Below, piece after piece: positions 11,033 through 20,188 of a stretch of DNA of 64,000 bases (within the stretch, counting starts at the first letter, position 1; every line of letters begins with the position of its first letter). The translations under genes were made by a program, and so were the position numbers. The DNA is from Candidatus Cloacimonadales bacterium (lineage in GTDB: Bacteria; Cloacimonadota; Cloacimonadia; Cloacimonadales; JAFGVF01): the NCBI GenBank assembly GCA_963678315.1, contig OY782781.1, forward strand, positions 928,001 through 992,000, given 5' to 3'. The notes below the pieces were generated by a model. That model was not told the DNA's origin. It searched no databases and worked only from the letters and a program-made list of their open reading frames with translations.

Positions 11033-11416
11033 ATGAGACATAAAGTAAAAGGTAGAAAATTTGGCTTAGAAAGTGCTCATAGAAAAGCTATGCTTAACAA
11101 CTTAGTTAAATCTTTGATTGAGCACGGACGTATCAACACTACTCTTGCTAGAGCTAAAGAAATGCGCTCTCTCGCTGAAAGATGCGTTACTTATGGCAAG
11201 AAGAATGATGTGCATAATCGTCGCTTAGCTTATAAAGTTCTTCAAAATAGAGACCTTGTTAAAAGACTCTTCGAAGATATAGCTCCAAATTTCACTGATA
11301 GAAACGGTGGTTACACTCGTATCTATAAAGCTGGTAACCGTAGAGGTGATAACGCTCCTATGGCTATCATTGAATTTGTTGACTATGAACTTCCAAAAGA
11401 AGCTGACGCTGAATAA
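11033..11416 (+). CDS. rplQ: 50S ribosomal protein L17
   Basis: HRKAML, RNGGYTRI, RRGDNAPMA. Confidence 0.98.
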   Translation: MRHKVKGRKFGLESAHRKAMLNNLVKSLIEHGRINTTLARAKEMRSLAERCVTYGKKNDVHNRRLAYKVLQNRDLVKRLFEDIAPNFTDRNGGYTRIYKAGNRRGDNAPMAIIEFVDYELPKEADAE

Positions 11417-11440
11417 GTTAATAAATAGATTATATAAATT

Positions 11441-11469
11441 AAGGCTACCCTTGGGTAGCCTTTTTTTTT
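11441..11469 (+). terminator. Rho-independent terminator of the ribosomal protein cluster
   Basis: AAGGCTACCC-TT-GGGTAGCCTT followed by a T run. Confidence 0.9.
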
Positions 11470-11611
11470 GCTGTTAAGAAAATTTAATTAAGCTTGTAGA
11501 ATAGCTTAAAATAGTAGCTTATAGAACTTTAACAATAATTAATAAGAAAAACATTTGACAATTGTTCACTAGCTTCAATAATTCTATCATATATATAATT
11601 ATGGAGGAATA

Positions 11612-13789
11612 ATGAGAAAAACACTTTTCTTTTTTTTGTTAGTTTTTTTGACGTTTAGTTGTAATAATTTATTTGCTGATTCGTGGACTGAAGATTTTGA
11701 AGATACTCCTAGTACTTCATATTCTGCAACATCAATAATCATCAATGGTAGGACTTGGACAAAAAAAGAAGCAGGTAACTTTAGTTATGCTAATTCTAGT
11801 GCTGGTTCTTATGGCTTTACTATCAATGATGATAAAACTGGAGCACATATAACAACGCCTGCATTAAATACAATCGGAACCGTAAGTTTTAAATATGCAT
11901 ATATTTATGGAAGCTCTTCTAATGTTTTTGTCCTACAAAAATCTTATGATGGCACTGCATTTACTGACCTAGATACTCATACCTTAGGTTCTGAATCTAA
12001 CTCAACTTATGTTGATTACTCATTTGAAGTTAACGATTCAGCTTCAGCTGTATATATCAGAATCTTAAGTGATGATCAAAGTGGTCACTTATTTATAGAT
12101 GATTTTTCTGTTACAGATGCTACTGGTTCCTCAACAGTTGCAACACCAGTAATAACACCTGCGACTGGAACCTACTATAACACTCAATCAGTTACCATAT
12201 CATGTTCTACACCTGCTGCAAATATCTATTATACTTTGGATGGAAGTGCTCCAACAAGTAATTCTACTTCTTATACAGGAGAATTTAATGTTACTGCAAC
12301 AACAACAGTTAATGCAATTGCATATAAAACAGGTATGGATAGTAGTAGTGTAGTTACAGAAAATATTGAAATTCTACTAGCTACACCCGTGATAACACCT
12401 GTGACTGGAACTTATTATGAAGATCAAACAGTTACCATATCATGTGAGACAAGTGGTGCTACTATTCGTTACACTACAAATGGAGAAGACCCTGATGAAA
12501 ATTCTACAGAATATTCATCTGGAATTAGTATTTCAGAAACAACTACTGTTAAGGCAATTGCTTTTAAAGAGGGATTTATTAATAACGAAATAGTTACATC
12601 TGTAATTACTATTGAAGAAGCTCCTACAGGAGCTACAGATTTATTCTTCTCTGAATATATTGAAGGTAGCTCAAACAACAAAGCTATCGAAATCTATAAT
12701 GGTACTGGAAGTGATGTTAATTTAGCTAATTACGTTATCAAAATTGCGTTTAACGGTAGTAGTGAATGGAGTACTTCAACTTTAGATTTAACGGGTTCAT
12801 TAGCTAGTAACGCTGTTTATGTAGTAGCTAATAATAATGCAGCAGTTGATCTTAAAACTATTGCTAATATTACAAATGGAACTGTTTGCAATTTCAATGG
12901 TAATGATGTTATAGGACTTTTCAAAAGTGGAAATTTAATAGATGTTATTGGTGAGTTGGGTGTGGATACAGAGTGGACAGTTTCGGGTGTTGAAAATGCT
13001 GGTGCAGAACACTCACTTATTAGAAAGTCTAATATATTCCAAGGAAATACAAACTGGAGTCAATCTTCTGGTGCATCTAAAGCTGAATCTGAGTGGACAG
13101 TTACAGAATACTCTAGTGGAACTAATAATCTTGGAAACCACACATTTGCTGGACAAACCCTTCCAGTTGAACTTACAGGCTTCAATGCAACATACACAAA
13201 TGTAGCAGATGGTGCTTCTTTTGTATCAATCGAATGGACAACAGGATCTGAATCAAATATTCTTGGATACTATGTTTTAAGAAACGAATTTGAAGACCTT
13301 GAAACAGCATACAGAGTTAACTCTGGTGTTGAAACAGCTACTAACTCAGTAACTGGTTCAAGTTATTCATACATTGATGATGAAATAGATACAAACACAA
13401 CATATTATTATTGGTTAGAATCAGTTGAATTAAGTAATACAAATGAATTCTTTGGACCAGTAATGGTTAAAGTTGAAGATCATCATGATGTTGAGGACAT
13501 TGTTATTCCTCAGTTTACTTCTTTAAGAAGTGTTTATCCAAACCCATTCAATCCTTCTACATCTGTAAGATTCTATGTTAAAGAAGCTCAGAATGTTAAA
13601 ATTAATGTTTATAATGTTAAAGGACAATTGATTTCAGAACTTGCAAATGATAATTATGGTCAAGGTTTCCATGACCTTGTTTGGAATGGTAAAGATAATT
13701 CTGGTGCTGATTGTGCTTCTGGAATGTATTTCTTCAAGATGGAAGCAGCAGAAAAAACACAAATTAAAAAGGCTTTACTCGTAAAATAA
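11612..13789 (+). CDS. Secreted protein: signal peptide, two chitobiase/beta-hexosaminidase C-terminal-like repeats, lamin-tail domain, FlgD-Ig/T9SS-like C-terminal domain
   Basis: VATPVITP...IYYTLDGSAP and IRYTTNGEDP repeats (240 nt apart); DLFFSEYIEGSSNNKAIEIYNGTG (LTD); TLPVEL; YPNPFNPST...VYNVKGQ...WNGKD...SGMYF. Confidence 0.8.
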   Translation: MRKTLFFFLLVFLTFSCNNLFADSWTEDFEDTPSTSYSATSIIINGRTWTKKEAGNFSYANSSAGSYGFTINDDKTGAHITTPALNTIGTVSFKYAYIYGSSSNVFVLQKSYDGTAFTDLDTHTLGSESNSTYVDYSFEVNDSASAVYIRILSDDQSGHLFIDDFSVTDATGSSTVATPVITPATGTYYNTQSVTISCSTPAANIYYTLDGSAPTSNSTSYTGEFNVTATTTVNAIAYKTGMDSSSVVTENIEILLATPVITPVTGTYYEDQTVTISCETSGATIRYTTNGEDPDENSTEYSSGISISETTTVKAIAFKEGFINNEIVTSVITIEEAPTGATDLFFSEYIEGSSNNKAIEIYNGTGSDVNLANYVIKIAFNGSSEWSTSTLDLTGSLASNAVYVVANNNAAVDLKTIANITNGTVCNFNGNDVIGLFKSGNLIDVIGELGVDTEWTVSGVENAGAEHSLIRKSNIFQGNTNWSQSSGASKAESEWTVTEYSSGTNNLGNHTFAGQTLPVELTGFNATYTNVADGASFVSIEWTTGSESNILGYYVLRNEFEDLETAYRVNSGVETATNSVTGSSYSYIDDEIDTNTTYYYWLESVELSNTNEFFGPVMVKVEDHHDVEDIVIPQFTSLRSVYPNPFNPSTSVRFYVKEAQNVKINVYNVKGQLISELANDNYGQGFHDLVWNGKDNSGADCASGMYFFKMEAAEKTQIKKALLVK

Positions 13790-13820
13790 ACTAACTAATA
13801 TCGAAAAGTAAAATATATAC

Positions 13821-13851
13821 AGCGTGTAGATTTATTCTACACGCTTTTTTT
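13821..13851 (+). terminator. Rho-independent terminator
   Basis: AGCGTGTAGA-TTTAT-TCTACACGCT followed by T run. Confidence 0.85.
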
Positions 13852-14229
13852 GTTGAATTTGTATTGGGTTGTAAGCAATAGTCTTCGCCTGTTTCAGTCC
13901 TTGCTTGCAGTTGAGACGTTTTTCCAAACATCTCTACAGCATTCCCAGTTTTACACAAAAATTTTCTTCTATAGGTTTATTCAGCAAAGTCGGAACGCCA
14001 TCGTCCCTGATGGCCAAACCTACGAAAGTAGGTTGTATATGAGATTTAAATATATGTTTAGTATATATTTAAATACAAAAGCCGGCACGGAGGCCAGCGT
14101 TCCCAGTTTTAGATGTCTAGTAGCCAACTCCTCACTCCTAACTCCTTCCTTAAGGGTCTCATTGAAAAATCAACCTTTTTTCAAGGGGACCAGTAAGGAT
14201 GGCCTAATATATAAGAAAAGAACCCCTTT

Positions 14230-14745
14230 GGGACTAAATAACAAATAAGACATCAACCACGAATAACACAAATAATCACAAATCTAGACCCAAAACAATT
14301 AAACCTCTCAACAACTAAACATCTAAACATTTTTAATCTGTTTAATCTGCGTTATCTGTGTTCTATTTTATTTGAAAAGCCAGCTAGCAGCTGTGCGTTC
14401 CCAGTTATTATTCATTATGTCGTCCCTTCAGGACTCTATTCGTTTATATCATTGAACATGGGGTGCAAGACCCCATGCTAATACATGACGTCCTTTCAGG
14501 ACTAAAAACAAAATAAGATAACTATCCACGAATAGCAGAAATAAACGCGAATAAAAGAATACAAAATAACACTAAGCTACACAAATCCAGCCCCTCAACA
14601 ACTAAACTCCTCAACAACTCAACAACTAAACATCTAAACATTTTTAATCTGTTTAATCTGCGTTATCAGTGTTCTATTTTATTTGAAAGGCCAGCTAGCA
14701 GCTGTGCGTTCCCAGTTATTATTCATTATGTTGTCCATACAGGAT
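14230..14745. repeat. Intergenic duplication (about 115 bp near-identical copies at 14307-14425 and 14618-14736) among REP-like palindromes and short microsatellites
   Basis: CTCAACAACTAAACATCTAAACATTTTTAATCTGTTTAATCTGCGTTATC...GCCAGCTAGCAGCTGTGCGTTCCCAGTTATTATTCATTATGT occurs twice, offset 311 bp. Confidence 0.9.
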
Positions 14746-14868
14746 TAATACCTTGTAAGGGTGTGTAAATCTGTATTTTAGTCGGTGATAAATGTATTTT
14801 GTAGAGTAACATTGAGATACAAATAGAAAGGATTTGACAAAAAAATACTTCAATCAAATATATTATTT

Positions 14869-15573
14869 ATGAAATTAGAGAAAACAAAGAATAAGCATGT
14901 CTTTTACTGTTTTGGTAACAAAGAAAGTAGTTTAGCAAAGATTAAAAGACAGGAAGAAAGTATTTTCATTGGAGAAAACCCAATAGCTTTATCAGATATG
15001 GTGATGGCAGAACAAACGCATTCAAAATTAGTGTATGCAGTTACAGCTTCCGACAAGGGTCATGGATTTACTTATATTGATGATAGCATTAATCAGGTTG
15101 ATGGCTTTGTTACTTCTGAGCAAGGTATTCTATTAGTTATTAAGACGGCTGACTGTAGTCCAATTCTTTGTTATGATAAGAGGAAAAATGTTATCGGGGC
15201 ACTTCATTCAGGTAGAGAAGGGACTAGAAAAGGGATAATAAAGGTTCTGATTGAAAAAATGGTAAAGCAGTATAATTGTGAATTAGCAGACTTATATGTT
15301 ATGCTAGGTCCTGCAATCTCAGGTAAGCATTACCAAGTTGATATAGAGACTTATAATGATTTTATTGAATCCACGCACATAGAGCAAGAATACAGGCATA
15401 TTGACATGAGAAAAGTCTTGATGTCTGATTTGAAAGATATGGGCTTAAAAAGAGACCAAATTGAGGATATAAGAGAATGCACTTACTCATCGCAAGAGTA
15501 CTTTTCTTATAGAAGAGATAAAACAGCCGAGAGACAGCTTTCAGTAATAGGAATATTTAAAAATGAAGATTAG
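14869..15573 (+). CDS. pgeF: YfiH/PgeF family (purine nucleoside phosphorylase / laccase-domain) protein
   Basis: EQTHS, TADCSPI, ALHSGR, GPAI, YFSYRR motifs. Confidence 0.9.
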   Translation: MKLEKTKNKHVFYCFGNKESSLAKIKRQEESIFIGENPIALSDMVMAEQTHSKLVYAVTASDKGHGFTYIDDSINQVDGFVTSEQGILLVIKTADCSPILCYDKRKNVIGALHSGREGTRKGIIKVLIEKMVKQYNCELADLYVMLGPAISGKHYQVDIETYNDFIESTHIEQEYRHIDMRKVLMSDLKDMGLKRDQIEDIRECTYSSQEYFSYRRDKTAERQLSVIGIFKNED

Positions 15574-16831
15574 CAATGAAAGAAATGATATTTGGATAGA
15601 TATAGCTGATGATAAGCTATTAGCTACCATGACTATCAAGCGAGAGCAAGGTGTTATTGCTCAAGAAGAAATCTTAGAACTCATTAAAACATCTGGTATT
15701 AAAAGAGGATTTATAAGTAGCATAGATGATTCTCACAAAAAAGAGATTGGGGTAGCCTTTCCTATTGCTCAGATAGATAATGAGATAAGTGAACCTAAGT
15801 TCGAGCTATATTTCAATGATGATGAAGTCTATTATAGTAAATTAGTATTAAGTGAAGCGAATGTTTGCAAGCTAGTCTATTTGCATAAAGGTTCTGCCTT
15901 AGGGAAATTAAATATATCTGAAGATAATTTAGTTTTAAAGAATGTTCTTGGTGAATATATCTATAATATAGAGGGCGATGATAGCATTGTCGAAAAATTC
16001 AAAGGGACAAATGTTTCTTTCAATTATGAAAGCAAAGAATACATAGCAGATGTTAATGGCTATCTTTATCAAGATAAAAATGGTAGATTTGGAATACTAA
16101 CTAAGATTATTCTTGAACAGAACATAACCGAGAAATATGGGAATATCTATTTACTAGGTGATTTAGTAATCAAGGGTAGTATTGAGAATGTTAAGCATAT
16201 TCGAGTGATTGGAGAGCTAATTGTTGAAGGGAATATCATAAATAGTAATGTCTATGCAGAAAAATCCATATTTGTTACTGGTGAGATAAGGTCATGTAAT
16301 AATGGTGGAGTTTCCTGTAATGGAGATATTTCTTGTCATGATATAAGTAAATCGAAAGTCTTTTCAGGTAAGAAACTTGAAGTTTTTGGAAAAGTAACTT
16401 ATTCAAAGCTAGTTGGAGAGGATAAAGTTCTTGTAGCTCCAGAAAATGAAGTTATAGCTTCTGATCTTTATAGTGCTAAACAAATAGTAGTTCATGATGT
16501 AAAAAATGAAGGTGGAACTATCTCCAATTTAGATATAACTGTTAGCCCTTACACTAAAGAACAATTGCTCTTGCTTACAAGGGAATTAGTCTATTTAACA
16601 GAGAATAAGCCTGGAAATGAGAAGATAGCTTTAGTTGAAGATGAGATTAAAGAACTTGAGAGAAGGCTATCACAGAAAGTAGAAGAGACTATAGAACTTG
16701 AATACAATGAGGGGGCTTCTTTAGAGACTACTGGACAAATCTATCCAAAAGTATCTATTAGAATACTCAAGCATTCTACGATAGTTCGTGATAATGATTT
16801 TAAAAATAAAAGAATAAATAAACTTAATTGA
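15563..16831 (+). CDS. FapA/DUF342-like protein
   Basis: GIKRG N-terminal motif, YGNIYLLGDLVIKGSI followed by beta-helix repeats, coiled coil, GQIYPKVSIRI. Confidence 0.7.
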   Translation: MKISNERNDIWIDIADDKLLATMTIKREQGVIAQEEILELIKTSGIKRGFISSIDDSHKKEIGVAFPIAQIDNEISEPKFELYFNDDEVYYSKLVLSEANVCKLVYLHKGSALGKLNISEDNLVLKNVLGEYIYNIEGDDSIVEKFKGTNVSFNYESKEYIADVNGYLYQDKNGRFGILTKIILEQNITEKYGNIYLLGDLVIKGSIENVKHIRVIGELIVEGNIINSNVYAEKSIFVTGEIRSCNNGGVSCNGDISCHDISKSKVFSGKKLEVFGKVTYSKLVGEDKVLVAPENEVIASDLYSAKQIVVHDVKNEGGTISNLDITVSPYTKEQLLLLTRELVYLTENKPGNEKIALVEDEIKELERRLSQKVEETIELEYNEGASLETTGQIYPKVSIRILKHSTIVRDNDFKNKRINKLN

Positions 16832-16838
16832 GGAAAAG

Positions 16839-19800
16839 ATGTTAAAGAAACTTCTATTAGTAATGATGCTTTGTGCATTAATGGCAACTATGTGGGCATT
16901 TGAACCACACTTTATGAAAGATCCAGATATTTCTCCGGATGGAAGTCAAGTGTGTTTTGTGTATAATGGTGATTTATGGACTGTTCCATTTGAAGGCGGT
17001 CAAGCGACAAGATTAACTGATACTTACTATAACGAATATGAACCAAAATATTCACCTGATGGTAAGAAGATAGTCTTTCTCGGAAATGGAGAAGGAGTTT
17101 CTCAGATATACTCAATTGATGTTCAAGGTGGTGTTCCAGAGAAAATCTCAACTTCTGGATATGGATTATATGACTGGTTTCCAGATGGAAAATCACTTCT
17201 TGGTGGTAAATATAATCCACGCTTAGGATTAAGTTTTTCTGAAATCCCACTAAATGAAAACAGACCTAAAGATATTACTTTAAAAGGTGATTCTTTTGCT
17301 ACTGTGTCAAATGATGGTAAAAGAATTGTTTATTGTGACAGAGGAGACCCATTTAGAGAAGCTTATAGAGGTTCTACTAATGGAGAACTTTGGGAATACA
17401 ATATTAAGAAGGACAAATATACAAAGCTTACTAATAGTGATGTAACTGAACGTTATCCTGTGTTCTCTAAACAACACGATAACCGATTATATTATGCTAA
17501 ATCAGATGGAGAAATTCTTCAGCTGTTTGTAACTGAAAACTATGATTTTACTAATGAACAAAAGTTAACTAGCTTTAAGACTTGGTCAGTTCGTGACCTT
17601 TCTATTGCTAGAGAAAATGATAGATTAGTATTTGAGAAGTTTGATGAAATCTGGGCTTATGATGGTCAAGAAGCTAAGAAAATTAACATCGATATTAACG
17701 AACTTATTGTTCCTGTAACAGTTGAAAGAGAAAATGTTAAAAATGGCTTCGAAGATATTGAGATAACTTCTAATGATAAAGTGCTTGTTTTTACTTATAT
17801 GTATGACTTATTCATGATGCCAAAAGATGGTGGTCCTGTAAAACAAATAACTTTTGACCATGTTCCTATCTCAAAGATTCAAACTTTAGAAGATGACGAT
17901 ACGATTGTAATTTTAAGAAGAGACAGAGGTTATGGCCAATTATATAAGATTAAGATTAGTGAGCCTCAAGAATTAATCAAGATTGCTTGGTCTGAAGATA
18001 GAGATATTAATGATTTCGAAAAAACTGGTGCAGGTAACTTCTTAATTCATTATACAGTTAATAACAAAGAAATTAAAGCTGCATTGACTGATAAAACATT
18101 CTCGAATTTCGATAGACTTACCTTCGCTGATAAAAGAATCTATTCTTATGTAGAAAGAATTGATTCTGACTATGTAGCAATTACAGAGATTGACTTTGTG
18201 AAAAGCATTTATTATTTAAGTTTATACAATTCTAGATCTGGTCAAATATTCCCAATCTATAACTCATATAAGGGTATCTATGGATTAGTTTGGGGTAAAG
18301 ATGATAGAACTTTATTCTTCACTGAATCTGGCAATGTTAAGAGAGTTGATTTACATGCAGTTGATAAATTAGCAAAATACCAAGATCCATGGGATAAAAT
18401 CCTTAAAGAAGAGGACAAACTTTCAGAAGAAGACTCAGAAGAAACTGAAGTTGTAGATTACCCTGAGTTAAATATCGACTTTACTGAAATAGACAAAAGA
18501 ATCTATACTGTGTTTGAGAAACCTGGTTTCTGTAGAGTACTTTCAGTTATAAATGATACTACTATGGTTATTGAAAAGAATGATTCAGGAACTGTTTTCT
18601 ATAAAACTAACTACTATGGAGAACATGAAGAAGAGATAACTAAAATAGAAGAAAAAACTTATTACACATATAATGATAAGAGTAAGAATTATTACTATAA
18701 TGATGAAAATATGATTCGCTTTGTTAACCTTGAAAGCAGTGCGACAGGTAAGATAGAGAATAGCTTCTTCTATGAATACGATAAATCTAAAATAAGAAGA
18801 CAGCTTTTTAAAGAGGTATGGGGAAGGTTTGGAACAGAGTTTTATGACCCTCAAATGCATGGTGTAGACTGGAATAAGCTTTATGATAAGTATTTACCTT
18901 ATGTAGACTACTGCAAAAGTAACAATGATATCGCTTCTATTGTTGAAGAAATGATCGGGGAAGTAAATGCTTCACATACAGGATTCTATCCAAAGTCTGA
19001 TAAGTATATTTACTCTTACATAAAAGCAACTATTGGAGCAAGCCTAGATTATTCTGAAAGATTATCAAAAGGTATTAAATTCAGAACAGTTTATGATAAT
19101 ACTTCTCTAAAGGATGTTTATAATGTTCAAGCAGGAGATTTACTTCTTGCGGTTGATGGAGTTAAAATAGATAAAGAAACTGATATCCCTATGTTGTTTG
19201 CTAATAAAGTATTTAAGAATATTAAATTAGAGATTAAACGTCAAGGTGAAGATAAACAAGAAATCTGGGTTAAAGGAATTACTGGCTATGAACTATATGA
19301 CCTTGAATATAGAGATTGGGTGAATAAGAGAAGCGAAATAGTTAAACGTAACTCTGATGATAGAATCGCTTACCTTCATATAAAAGGGATGAACCAAACT
19401 GCCTTGAAGAAATTCATGGAAGACTTCTGGAATGATAACCTCAATAAAGAAGGATTTATTATTGATGTGCGTGGTAACGGTGGTGGTAATATATCTGATG
19501 AACTTATTGATATTATTGAAAGAGATTACCGTTCTGTAACTTCTAGTAGATATTATGGCGACATGAAGATTAAGCGTGATAGAAAGACTTTTGACAAGCC
19601 TATTGTTGTGCTTATTGATGAAGATTCTTTCTCAGATGCTGAAGTATTCCCTCATTTAATGAAGCAAGAAGAACTCGCTACCCTTATTGGTATGCCAACT
19701 AGTGGTTCAGTTATCGGTACTTATAATATAGACCTTTTTGAAGGTTCTAGCATGAGAATACCATCTAGTGGTTGGTGGACTCTTGACGGTACTAACATGG

Positions 19801-19910
19801 AAGGAAATGGGGCTCAACCAGACATTAAAGTTGAGATGACTCCTGAAGATTATATCAATGATAATGATGTTCAATTAGAAACAGCTATTGATTTCTTATT
19901 GAATAGATAA
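16839..19910 (+). CDS. Tricorn-like S41 peptidase (signal peptide, PD40 beta-propellers, PDZ, S41 domain)
   Basis: PDISPDG/YSPDG repeats, FYDPQMHGVDW, ASHTG, IDVRGNGGG, SFSDAE, EGNGAQPDI. Confidence 0.92.
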   Translation: MLKKLLLVMMLCALMATMWAFEPHFMKDPDISPDGSQVCFVYNGDLWTVPFEGGQATRLTDTYYNEYEPKYSPDGKKIVFLGNGEGVSQIYSIDVQGGVPEKISTSGYGLYDWFPDGKSLLGGKYNPRLGLSFSEIPLNENRPKDITLKGDSFATVSNDGKRIVYCDRGDPFREAYRGSTNGELWEYNIKKDKYTKLTNSDVTERYPVFSKQHDNRLYYAKSDGEILQLFVTENYDFTNEQKLTSFKTWSVRDLSIARENDRLVFEKFDEIWAYDGQEAKKINIDINELIVPVTVERENVKNGFEDIEITSNDKVLVFTYMYDLFMMPKDGGPVKQITFDHVPISKIQTLEDDDTIVILRRDRGYGQLYKIKISEPQELIKIAWSEDRDINDFEKTGAGNFLIHYTVNNKEIKAALTDKTFSNFDRLTFADKRIYSYVERIDSDYVAITEIDFVKSIYYLSLYNSRSGQIFPIYNSYKGIYGLVWGKDDRTLFFTESGNVKRVDLHAVDKLAKYQDPWDKILKEEDKLSEEDSEETEVVDYPELNIDFTEIDKRIYTVFEKPGFCRVLSVINDTTMVIEKNDSGTVFYKTNYYGEHEEEITKIEEKTYYTYNDKSKNYYYNDENMIRFVNLESSATGKIENSFFYEYDKSKIRRQLFKEVWGRFGTEFYDPQMHGVDWNKLYDKYLPYVDYCKSNNDIASIVEEMIGEVNASHTGFYPKSDKYIYSYIKATIGASLDYSERLSKGIKFRTVYDNTSLKDVYNVQAGDLLLAVDGVKIDKETDIPMLFANKVFKNIKLEIKRQGEDKQEIWVKGITGYELYDLEYRDWVNKRSEIVKRNSDDRIAYLHIKGMNQTALKKFMEDFWNDNLNKEGFIIDVRGNGGGNISDELIDIIERDYRSVTSSRYYGDMKIKRDRKTFDKPIVVLIDEDSFSDAEVFPHLMKQEELATLIGMPTSGSVIGTYNIDLFEGSSMRIPSSGWWTLDGTNMEGNGAQPDIKVEMTPEDYINDNDVQLETAIDFLLNR

Positions 19911-19996
19911 AACAGATAAGTTAAGAAAAGTCTTGACAGTTAGTTTTCTTACTATACTGTTGGTTTAATAATAAAATAAACAAAAGGAGATGCGGA

Positions 19997-20026
19997 ATGA
20001 TTAATGTATTATATCTTAATAATTAA
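19997..20026 (+). CDS. Putative leader peptide MINVLYLNN of the hflX attenuator
   Basis: AGGAG at 19985-19989, ATG 19997, TAA 20024-20026, directly before alternative hairpins. Confidence 0.6.
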   Translation: MINVLYLNN

Positions 20027-20030
20027 TTCT

Positions 20031-20157
20031 GCACTGACCCTTTAAATATAAACATTTAAGAGATGGGATCAGTGTGTAGTTAACATTGCTGATCCTATCG
20101 TTGCGTCTATTTTCCCGGATTGCAGTCCTTATAGGATTAGCAATCCGGTTCTTTTTT
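20031..20157 (+). promoter_or_regulatory. Transcription attenuator in the hflX leader (mutually exclusive hairpins plus intrinsic terminator)
   Basis: Segments 20031-20040, 20062-20074 and 20086-20099; terminator CCGGATTGC...GCAATCCGG (20115-20148) + TTCTTTTTT; pairings checked by eye. Confidence 0.75.
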
Positions 20158-20188
20158 AGGGGAAAAATAAGAATAATAAGGAGTTCAA

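Noticed and set aside
13850..14248. 132-aa ORF
   Set aside because: Starts inside a terminator T-run, runs through palindromic repeats, no RBS or recognisable motif
19990..20004. Alternative uORF MRND in the hflX leader
   Set aside because: Its ATG directly abuts the SD (no spacing); ATG 19997 has a normal 7-nt spacing
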